This document shows positions 11,207 to 21,761 of a DNA stretch of 38,202 nt, piece by piece. The notes beneath the pieces were generated by a model. It was not told where the DNA came from. It did no database searches and worked only from the letters and a program-made list of their open reading frames with translations. Source of the stretch: Mesotaenium endlicherianum (Eukaryota). The first letter of the stretch is position 1, and each line of letters opens with the position of its first letter. The DNA lies in assembly GCA_009602735.1 (NCBI GenBank), contig WELA01000694.1:98306-136507 (forward strand). The letters run 5' to 3'. Both the position numbers and the translations under genes were made by a program.

Positions 11207-11937
11207 TGTATTGAATCAGTATATTGGGTAGATATAATACTCATTTAAATAAGATAGTTAAATAAGTTCAGCCTGCCGAACTTTACTTAATATTAAGTCT
11301 GCTGGATATTTGATACTTCGTTAAATGACTTAGCCGAGAGCAGCAGGCTGAAGTCCCTTAGGTCAACCTGTTGACTTGGGTCAGCTTGCTCACACATTCT
11401 TTGACAATCAGCTGGCTGCCGTCCTTGGCAGCAGCGAACTGCCTAGCTATGCATCTAAGTGTGGTGTGCTAGATGAGTGGCCAAATGACACCCTTAAGGT
11501 GGATGGCACTTCGGGATGATGGGAGATGGCTGTTGATTTGGTTAGCCGAGGTCCTACCGACGTGGTTAACTCCCGGGTAGGCGGTGCCATCGCACTTGCC
11601 GTTGAAATAAACTCATTCCATGTACATATGCTAGGATTGCTCTCGAGTTCGGCATTCGGAAATGAGGCCAACTCTCTTGTACAGCTTACTGAGAGATATG
11701 TGAATCCAAGGCGAGAAGCCAATGATACGCACTGACTTCTAGCCTTGCTTATGTATGAGTTTACTGATGGCATTATTGATGCTAGTTTACTTGCATTTGA
11801 CTTGCGAGTATTGTTCACTGCTAGTGAGTTTGTCTTTTGCTGTTTAATTAGTTAACAAAAAATAGCATAAAGATTACTCGTTGATATGAAGATCTTTATT
11901 AGTTATTAATCGCTTATTGGTAAGTCGATTCATTTCA
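11207..11937 (+). mobile_element. 3' LTR (A4) of family-A element E
   Basis: TGTATTGAATCAG...GTCGATTCATTTCA, a reverse-complement copy of A1-A3. It is preceded by a PPT, not followed by a PBS, and has no matching TSD on its two sides. Confidence 0.88.
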
Positions 11938-12229
11938 AGTAAGCGCAATAACCAAAATGTTCCCAAGTGCAAAACCCACATACACGGGATGTTACTTGAG
12001 TAATGTTGTGAGTGTAAGGGAATACCGATGCAAAATGTGAAGTGAGTTGTGAGGGCAGTCGAGTGTGCAGAAGTGCATATGTAAATTCGAGTTTTGCTCG
12101 ACGGAAATCTGTCACACTCCCTCCAACTAAATTGGTAAGTAGATTGCTTGTCATTAACCGTCACTTTCCTGTCACTTTCCCCTCCAACTTAAATGGAGAC
12201 AAGACCTCCTGTCACCTTCCCGTGTCAAT

Positions 12230-15200
12230 TGGTGATTTGCCAGCTTCCCGAAGATAGAACCGTTTCAACGCCCCTTTGGCATTGACCAAATGGTCCTTAA
12301 ACTCTCAGGTATTCCCGGATGCATCATAGCCCTTCCATCTGACCAGGTACTTCATGACATGTTTAGGTGATCGATGGACAGAGCGAGCTTCTAAAATCTC
12401 ATCAACCTCATATTCCTCAGGTTCACCCTCCCGGACAGCGGGGACCGGTTCTGGTTGGACAGGTGACCGACCTGTAAACAGTGTGTCATCTTTGATGAAT
12501 GGTTCCTGGAAAGAGACATTAATGACTGGGTGATCCTTGTAGTCCGCTGACATGTTTAGTTTGTAAGCATTCTGACCGGTACGGCGCACCACCAAATATG
12601 GACCGTCCCAAACTTAACCAAGCTTTTTCTTGGCCACACTAGGCAGGTACAGGTGTTGAGAGTGCGGTTTGACCAAATCGCCCTTTGAAAAAGTCAGCTC
12701 CCGACGATGTTGATTAGCGTATTTTTGTTGATTTTCCTGGGCTTTGTGCAGATTGTGTTGGACTTCTGACAGGGTGTCAGCAAACTCCTGAGTTAACAGG
12801 AGCGACACCGGGTTGTCAATTCCCTCAAGCTAAGTTAAAGACTCCCCAAGCACATCTAAAGGAGACTTAGGGACTCTACCTAGACTGAGTTTAAAAGGAG
12901 TCTTTCCCGGTTGACGCATGCACCGCACTGTTGACCGCAAATTGAATTTGAGACAACAAGTCATCCACATTATCTTGTTTTTTGGTTAATATATGCTCTC
13001 AGCACCTCTTGCAGAACTCGGTTAGTTCTTTCAGCCTGCCCATCAGTCTGAGAGTGGTTTGCTGTGCTGAGCAGCTGTTTGACTCCCATTAACTTCATTA
13101 AAGCTCTCCAGAACTTAGAGGTGAACTTTGAGTCTCTGTCTGAGATAATATGGGAAAGTATACTACATGGTTGTAGAACTGTCTCACGGTTTCGAGGGCA
13201 GTCACCCTGACAGTGGTGGGGATGAAAATGACCATTTTCATCAATTTATCCACTACTACCAGGATAGAATCATGCCCATTGGCAGTTTTTGGTAGTGTTA
13301 CCACCCAGTCCATGGATATTGGTTCCCATCGTCCAACTGGGATGGGTAGTGGTTGCAAGAGCCCTTCAGGTGGTGTGTGTCTCAACTTCTTTTTCTGACA
13401 CTGATCACAGGACTTAACATATTTCAAGACCTCCTGAGGCAACCCATCCCAGTGATAATGTTTTGCCAGTTTGCCAACAATTTTGGCCTCTCCCAAATGC
13501 CCACATAGTACATTGTCATGTGCTTGACTTAGTAAGAGTGACCTTATTTCCAGGTTATTAGGAATGACCAGCTTCAGCCTGCTTGAAGTGGTTTCAGTTA
13601 CCCAGACCCCTCCCTTCAGCCTATATCCAAGTGCAGTAGCAGTACACACAACATCAGTGGGGTTGGACTCAAATATTGGTTCAGAATGGTAGGCATTCCT
13701 AAGTTGTTCAATGAAGGACTTTTTTACCTTTGGAGAAGTGAGTGCACAAAGGACTTCATCTACAGCATGCTGACTAAAGTTCCTTTCTTGCAAGTCAAGT
13801 CTTCCCGAGAGTGCATCAGCAGGATTCAACTTCCCTGGTTTGTAGTCAATCTGGACTTGGAACTGCTCCAGCATCTGGCTCCAGCGGTTCTCTATCCTCG
13901 ACAGCTTGGACTTCATCTGGAAGTAAGTTAGAGCTAGATGATCTGTAATCATCTTAAAAGCTTTACCATGTAAGTATGCTCTCCACTGTTTGAGAACATG
14001 AATGATAGCAAGCAGCTCTTTATCATGCACAGAGAAGTTAATTCCAGCTAGATTGAATTTCATACTCATACAGCACAGGGTGCCACTCTTCCTTTACCTC
14101 ACCATCCTTCGTGATTTTGTCAACAGGCTGCAACAAAATAGCACCCATGGCAAAGTCAGAAGCATCAGTAACGACCTGCACAAGTTTGCTGGGGTCATAC
14201 ACAGCTAAGACTGGGGAAGAACAAAGGGCATCATTAAGGGTCTAAAAGGCAGCTTGCTGTTTTCCCCCCACACATACCCTATGTCCTTTATAGTAAGGTC
14301 AGTCAATTTACTGGCCTTTGTGGAATAACTTTCAATGAATCTCCTATAGTAATTAGCCAACCCAAGGAAGGATCTTACTTTCAAGACGAACTGTGGTACT
14401 GGCCAATCTCGTATGGTTTGGAATTTCTTAGAATCCACACTGATGCCTTCCTTACTGACAACGTGGCCCAAGAATCCAATACTTTCCTTAAAGAAATCAC
14501 ACTTGCTCATTTTAGCATATAACTAATTCCTTCTTAGAGTGTCCATGACTGTCTTTAAGTGCTCAGCATGCTCAGCTTCATTTTTAGAGAAAACTATCAT
14601 CCAAGAAGACTTGCACAAACTTATCCAAGTAAGGCCTGAAAATGTCATTCATAGGACCCATGAAGGTTGCAGGAGCATTAGTCAGTCCTAATGGCATCAC
14701 ATTAAACTTACAGTGTCCATAACGTGTGCGAATAGCAATCTTGTGTTCGTCCCCCTCAGCAATTCTGATTGTCTGATAACCACTCTTGAGATCTATCTTA
14801 CTAAACACTTTAGCACCAGACAGGGTATCAAGCAAGTCCTCGATTCTGGATAAAGCATACTTATCATTTACAGTAATTCAGTTAAGAGCTCTATAATCTA
14901 CACACATAGGCCTGCTACCATCCTTTTTCTTAACAAATAGGGTAGGTGCGCCATAAGGTGATTTACTGGGGGAAACATAATCATTTTCCTCCAACACTGC
15001 AATCTGTGTTTTCAACTTTTTGCTCTTCACATAAGACAAGCCATAGGTGCGTTGCCAAGGTGGTTGACTCCCAGGTAATTAATGAATCCTATGATCTACT
15101 TCCCTTTTAGAGGGCAGTCTTAGAGGCATATTAAAAACATCAATATACTGAGCAACAAGTTTTGCAGCAGTAGGGTGCTCCGGAGGGCTCACCTATTTCT

Positions 15201-15232
15201 CAACCACTTCTTCAGGTTGTGGAGGTATCTCT
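12230..15232 (-). pseudogene. pol: Decayed Ty3/gypsy chromovirus pol (RT - RNase H - integrase - chromodomain), element D, 5'-truncated
   Basis: RT motifs [49 protein letters not shown]. RNase H: HDKELLAIIH...ITDH. Integrase: H..GH..C..C zinc finger, GLLQPLPIP, ISMDWV, GPY. Chromodomain: EYEVDEILE...YLVRWKGYD. Many stops and frameshifts; ends approximate. Confidence 0.95.
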
Positions 15233-15235
15233 TTT

Positions 15236-16724
15236 AGCAGTGGACAGAAAAATCTGACTTCCTTCTGGTTCCAGCTTTCAATGAACTCCATTGCAATCTG
15301 ATGGTGAGGAGGATAAGGATAAGGAGGAAGAGGAGGAGGAGGAGGAGGAGGAGGAGGAGGAGGATATTATGAGGAAGAGGGGCAGGCCTGACACTAGAAG
15401 AGGTAAGCAGCTGATGCTCACTGTTCCTACTATTAAAAATGAGAAAAGGGAGAGGAGGAGAAGGGCAACTGCTCCATAACCATAATTGCTCCTTAAGCAT
15501 AACTTCTCCAAACATTGTGGTGCACTACAAAACACACAAAGACGCTGTTAATCAATTTTACAAGCTCTGTGTGAGAGATAACTACTATGTCGAGACTTCT
15601 GCTGTGAGCTTAAAGTGGTGGCACAAACTATATTGGGGTCTGTTTGATGCTGCCCTGGCCAATGCCTACATCCTCCACAACCTAGCCCATCCTGAGAGTG
15701 ACAGGTATCCCTTCATGTTAGATGTTGTAGCGGAGATGACAGACTTCCATGATCCACATAAGGGGAGGCGCTTTCGCTAGAGTCGAGGCGGGTTGGAATT
15801 GACAGGTTCCTAGGGAGACACTTCCCTGAGCACCTTCCAAGAGGCTCTAGACCAGGATGTGTAGTGTGCAGGAGCAAGTTGTATGACCTAGGCCATGAAA
15901 AGAATAAGGTGAGGCCTAGCTATTGGTGCGCAACGTGTGGAGTAGCGCTTTGCCCCGCGCCTTGCTTTGAGGAGTACCATACCAACAGGCACATAGCATA
16001 TGTAGATAGTGGCCCCTACAAGCTGAGTAGCAGTAAGAATTAAGATTATAGAGCAGAGGAACTGCAACAAAAACACATATGAAAGGTATTGTGCTTCACG
16101 TACAGTTCAGCTTCATGTGTGCAAAGCTTCCGATTCTGCGATATTTTCCCATCAATAATTCACTTTTAATCATTTTCATTTTTTTTAAATTTTATCTCTA
16201 TATTTTTTTGTATGTAAAGTAACACCTTGCCATTAAGCTCCACTTTACAGATTACTATTTGCATATGTACAGAATAAGTTATGAATTATTAACTGTGATG
16301 CTTTGTTGCATGAGGCACTAAAAAGTACAGAAAACACCCGGACCCCATATGGTCCACTAAGTACAGAGTGTGCCTGCACAAAGCTACTGATCAGAATGAA
16401 GTGGAATCTGTTTCATATGATAGATTAGTCACATGCCTACCCCAGAATAAATCATCAACTACTGGTGCATATCCAAAGTCATACTGTGTGAAGTCAAAGT
16501 TGGCCCTATTTGCTCGTTTCTTGTTACCCGTACACACTTTGTACGGAAAGTACACCTTACCTTTCCGAAAATTGCGGGCCACATGGCCAGTGCAATACCT
16601 TGCGATGTAAGCTCTCTCATGGTCTATCACACATAGTCATAGCTTCAGTGATTATTTCAATATAGTGTGACTTAGGTGGTGCATTATTGGACCATATATG
16701 GTCTTTTCCTTGGAAGACCTAGTG
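15236..16724 (+). mobile_element. Internally deleted, decayed piggyBac-like DNA transposon
   Basis: 15439-15780 encodes PNIVVHYK...KWWHKLYWGLFDAALANAYIL, like the C-terminal part of the piggyBac catalytic domain. After a frameshift comes RHFPEHL...CVVC...YWCATCGVALCPAPCFEEYH (piggyBac-type cysteine-rich domain, ~15816-15980). An acidic tract lies at 15291-15400. The right end (GTG|TTAA at 16724) is tentative and no left end was found. Confidence 0.8.
15325..15363 (+). repeat. (GAG)n microsatellite encoding poly-Glu
   Basis: Directly visible; similar tracts occur at ~20207-20238 and ~20584-20612 within the large exon. Confidence 0.9.
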
Positions 16725-18644
16725 TTAAGTTATTCTTTTGCAAAGTAATCAAAGTAACTTTACGATTTTCTTTGCATTACGATTTTGGTCGTTTCGCCGA
16801 TTGTCCCGGAATTAGTCGGCACACGTATGTGTCAATTTATTTTACAAAAGCTCAATCTTCTACTCGTAAAATGTATAACGTATTAAAGGTAATTAGGAAA
16901 ACGTCCGGAATACTCCTAAAAGCTCGGATCGTTGTAGACCCCGATTTGGGCTTGAGTGCTTTGGCAGTCTTGCTAATTAGATTTCTCAAAACTTTTATGC
17001 CAAAGTCTAAACTCCTTGATAACTTTAAGCAATATTTAAACTGTGTTGGAGCAAGCGTTTGACCTGCTATGCAGGTAAATACCTACCTAGAAAACATCCT
17101 CCATTTGCCTATGCCCATTCCACTGCGTCCACCCCATTAAAAGCTTACTGTTGGGGACTTTGCGAAGGTGTACAAGTTGGGGGTAGGGTATACCAATTTA
17201 TTGTTTTTTGTATGATATCTTGAACCCGTAATTAGGCCAAGCAGAAATCCCACTGTATTTTGTTGGACTTTGAATTAAGCTCATTACTAATCACTTAAGA
17301 CTCTAAAAGCTCTAGCTTTAACCTTATCCTCGCGATTACGTCTTCAAAGCTCATTTTTTGCTTTCTGACTACACACGCTCGATCCAACCTCTGACACGCG
17401 AGTCCAATCTTGACACCTCAACCTTTGGTTTAGCAAACTTAGCACCACGTAGCTATTGGCTCTGTTGCCCTGGCTTAGCGTGACCCATAACTTCATGTTA
17501 GCCCCCTTGTTGCCTCCCAACTGATTGAACACCGTAGTCAAGCACGCAATTCTTCCGCCCCCCTCCTCGATTTACTTTCTACCGACGTTCGTTATATGAA
17601 ACAAGAAGTTAGTCTGAGCAGTGCAAGTCCACACTGAGATTTCAATTTCAATGAACAAGATTCAAGCGCTTGATGCCTTTTGATTTCCTTGCCTCTATCT
17701 TTAGATTTAGTAGTTCACTCGCATGCTTTATGGGAGTACTTGAATCCTAAAGTCTACACAAAGCCTACTAGAACGTCGAACGGCGTTGGCATGGTGTCTT
17801 GCTTGACGTCCGACTGTTGCTAGCGTTTAACGGCGTTCTAATATTATGCTCTACCGTCTGGCCGATGTCGTCGATTTTTAACCGCTCATGTTTGCTCCCA
17901 TCGGAGCATCTAAGCTGATCTATGCTCAAATTGGCTCATATTGTATCAGTTCGACCCAGCGCGCGTCAAAGACCAGCAGACATGGACCTCGGTCTTGTCC
18001 ACCAGGGTCCAGACTGGTCCGCACTCCATGCGCGCTTCGAGAGCTAGCCGGTCCGATAGCACCCGGTGGCACTGGGAGCTTTGGGTGTAAGTGGGCGGTA
18101 TCTTGACGATCAGAAATTTGAAGGTAATTAAACGCCCGGCTTAAGAATCGGCAACGAGAAGCCATGACACGCAGAAGCGGGCCAGCACATGAATCAGCTA
18201 GGAAGCTGAGCTTGCAAAAGTAAAGAGCTCGCAATGAACTATTAGGCAGACAATCTTTACGCGGCTCCCGCCTGTTGCATTTTATCCACAAAATACCTTG
18301 TTACAAAAACTGATGCTGCATACTATCTGGTCGGGTAGGCGGGGTGTCATAGTGCCCACATTTCCTTCATCAGTTTATAAATAAACGATGTCATAGTGAC
18401 TTTCAGGCATCAATCACAAAATACGAGTATGTAGTAGCTGAGCATACTGGGAGGTGTCAAAAGGACTGTGTCCTGAGAGAATGGTTTGCGATATAGGTGT
18501 GACTAAAACCATACCATTTAGGGCAGTATTGGCTGCTACTCACAGTTTGAGCTCACAAACCAACTTCCGCAAGGTCGTTGTTCTTGCAATTTATTTTGGC
18601 AGCCTTCATAGACGAGACGGAAATCCTGACCTGTCTGTTTGCAA

Positions 18645-21600
18645 ATGTCTTGTAGCCCAGAGTCTACAGCAGGCTCTGTAATTCAGGTGTCGGCAAATAG
18701 CTGTGCAACCTTGGGCCTTCTAAAGGAGAATGGGAAGATGGCCAGCGAAAGCAGTGTCATACTTAAGAACGTCAGGGAGGCGCAAATGCCAGAAGAAAAG
18801 AAAATGAGGGATACAGGCCTAGAAGGGTTGAGGTCAGATGATCTTCAGACCCTTGTTGTTGTAAAGGGGACAAGACGACGGGGACCACGAGGAAATCAAG
18901 CTCTTAATGCTGAAAGACCTCAAATTTCACCCAGATGGGGTACCAGGAATACATTCTTGGAGGAGCTACCTCTGAGAGAATCCAGACTGGGGATTGGAAG
19001 AGATGATTCCCGTTTATTGGGCAGCAGCCATCGTAATGTGGGGGGTCTGGATAATTCGACAGGCCCAGAGAAGAGCTTGTCACATCACGTTAATGAGAAT
19101 GTCAGCAAGCAGCAGTTTGAGACACTTCCTGCAAGAGATGACAAGAAAGCTTGGATCAGAAGTTCCTCTCTGAAGGAATGGAAAGCAAAAAAGGAGGAGG
19201 AACTTGGAGGCTTCAACATTCAGGCAGGGGGTAAGCAGGGTGAAGGTGCAGGAGCTGTGGAGAATATTGCTGGGGTGGAGGGTGATGAGCGTGCTACGAA
19301 GGTAGTAGGCGTGAAGGGGAAGGTGAGCACCAGAAGAAAAGCACATGGAACTGAGGAAGAGGGTGAGCATGCAGACACCACTCCAAAGAAAAAGACAAGG
19401 AAGGGAACAGAGGGGAGTGCATCACCTTTGCTCAAAAATCAGAGCCTCACTGTAGTTGATGAGGTGAATGGCCTCTCAAGGAAAAGCAGTAAGAGCATGG
19501 AGGTGACACCGGGGAGGGGAGGTAGTTGGCACAATGTATCCCTCTGTACGAGTAAGGAAGGTAAGGGGGCTGGTAAAGATGGTGAGGGAGCACTTAGTTC
19601 TGAGCTTCTGAAGTGCTCCAATGGTAAAACTGAAGAAGAGGTAGCTGGGAACACAAAGACGAAGGGCGGGGAGGAGGGGAGGTCCATGAGCGTTCCCTCC
19701 GGGGTTGGTAGCGCGGAAGGGGACGTAGGTTTGATAGGGGGGACTACGAAGTTGCCAGACTGGGGCAAGGGCAGCTCTGGAACAGTGACCAGGAGAAGGA
19801 GCTCTACTAAAGTGGGACGGCAAAGGGGAGGGGCAGGCGCTTTGACAGATGTCGCTGAGGACAGAAGGGGGCAGAAGAGAACACTCGCTGGTGCGGACGG
19901 TGTGGATGGGGACGAGGGGCATGCTGCAGCTTGCTCTGATGTGAAGGCAGACCCGAAGAAGGGGGATAAAACAGGGGAGGTAAGGGTGGGAGGGGACTTA
20001 AAGTTGAGCGCTGAGAAAAGTGAATGCAGTTTAAGAGGGGAGCATCGTGCAGAGATTGAGGAAGTCGAGGGCGAAGAGGAGGGCGAGGAGGCGGAGGAGG
20101 AGGGGATGGGCAAAAGCAAGGAAAGGGCAGGCAAAAGGGAGAAAAAGGGGCACGTAATGCACACTGTGCACAAGGGGGAAGGAGAGAAGTTGGAGGGAGA
20201 GGTGGAAGAGGAGGAGGAGGAGGAGGAGGAGGAAGAGGACGTGGATGGAGGGGGGCTGGTGGCTCGAGTGAAGCAAGAGGGCAAGGCGAGGAGGCAGAGA
20301 GCTCAGAAGAGACGGGATGAGGACGAGGTCATGTACTGGGACTGGCCGGCACCCTCACCAACTGGCAAGCAGCAGGGACGCGCCAAGTGGGGGAGCGAGA
20401 GGAGAGGCGCAGTATCGTCATTTGGCTCGAGGCGGCCGGGAGGGCTGAGGCTGAGGGAGGGGGCAGGCTCGGAATCGGGCCAGGATCACCAGTGGGACGT
20501 GGGGATCATAAAGGGTGCCAAGTTACACCGGGGTGGAAGGCCCGGGAGGCCAAGGCACAGGGACGCGGGTGGGAAGGAGATTGAGGAGGAGGAGGAGGAG
20601 GAGGAGGAGGAGGCAGCAGAGAAGAAGGAGGAGGAGAAGAAGGCAGACCGGCATTTAAAGGTGGTGGCTCCATCTGGGAGGGGGAGGGGGTCGAGGGGGA
20701 GGGGCAGGGGGGGAGGCAGGCCCATAGGCAGGCCCAGGGGCAGAGGCGGTAGGCACAGGCTGGAGGGCGGCAGCAGGGGCGGGAGACTGGAGAAGCGGGG
20801 CGCGAGGGAGGAAGAGCATGGTGGACCTGTGGGGCCCCTTGGGCGCTCGCCCTCGTGGTCTCCTGAGATGAACGGCTGCAAGGGCCCCCTCCTGAGCTCC
20901 CGAGTCCCCAAGTAAGCTGATTACTGCAGAAATGCAGTGGACGTCCCCTCCAGCTTGAGGGAGGGAGGGGGGGAGGGTGAGGGGTCAGGAGGAGGGGAAA
21001 GAGGGAGTGGGAAGGGAGGGTGGGAGGGAGGAGGGGAGGATGAGAGGGAAGGCACATGCAGTGGCGTGCTACTGAAGAACGGAGTGTGTGGGACCACACT
21101 CTTGAGTAGTTACTGAATATGGACGTCGATTTCATGCAGCACAATAATGAATGCAGCGGACCTTTCTCAGTGACTAGCATTGACGTAGATAATGTAGAAG
21201 CAATGAGTGTTTCAGTACATAAGCGAGAAGTAATGATGAGTCTGCACTAAGGTGTGCATGTGCAACTCACCTGTGCCCCCTCTCCCAACTTCTTCCTGGA
21301 GTGCTTGCCTGATGGCTCCACGCCACGGGAAAAGGGCCTGAATCACGGCGCTCCGTGCGCGAGGGCGTGTGCGGTGGCTCTGCAGGGGGGTTGCGGGGGG
21401 TGGCAGGCTGGCGGGGGGNGGGGGGCGGGTCATCCGCTCGCGGCGCGTGCAGGAGCGCGCACAGAAGGCCACCGAGGCAAAGCGGCAGGAGAGGCCGACA
21501 CCTGTTGTTACCCCGGCCGCCGCTGCCGCCGCGGCCGCGTCCGCTGCCGCCAAGAAGCTGCGGCTGACAGTGGCGCTGTCGCGCGAGGAGGTCAACTCGG

Positions 21601-21761
21601 ACTTTCTGGCCATTGCCGGCCGCAGGTGCCCCGCAAAGCCCAAGAAGTCGCTCCTTCCTTCTCTGGTGCGTCGTCCCTGTCACCCCTCATGTTCCATCCC
21701 CCCCCTCACCCCACTCCCCCTCTCTCTCCCTCTCCCCCTCCTTTCCTCCTCTCCATCTTGA
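18645..21761 (+). CDS. Spliced gene for a large low-complexity (G/E/K/R-rich) protein with a C-terminal DUF1639-like domain; exon 18645-20911, intron 20912-21385, exon from 21386; 3' end unresolved
   Basis: A 758-codon ORF ends at a donor AA|GTAAG. Acceptor CTGCAG|G at 21385 restores frame into ...LRLTVALSREEVNSDFLAIAGRRCPAKPKK, which resembles the DUF1639 core as recalled (LSrxEIEEDFxamtGxkPprRPKK). The start codon and last exon(s) are uncertain. Confidence 0.72.

Noticed and set aside
1016..11818. Recurring small ORFs (SNASKLASIM...; GGMPPLQELEGY) suggesting a gene family
   Set aside because: They lie inside the LTR copies and their frames and stops differ between copies.
1012..11937. A1 and A4 as the paired ends of one element or as giant TIRs
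   Set aside because: They are in opposite orientation, A1 has its PBS facing outward to the left, and there is no shared TSD; they belong to two elements.
16391..16630. RYCTGHVARNF resembling the Mutator CxxH motif
   Set aside because: No correctly spaced upstream Asp motif, the frame is closed by stops, and it lies within the presumed piggyBac 3' region.
17765..17842. Imperfect inverted repeat (TAGAACG...CGTTCTA)
   Set aside because: Too short and imperfect to call a MITE, Helitron end or RNA hairpin.
19080..21180. Ser/Pro-rich minus-strand ORFs
   Set aside because: Mirror of the purine-rich + strand exon.
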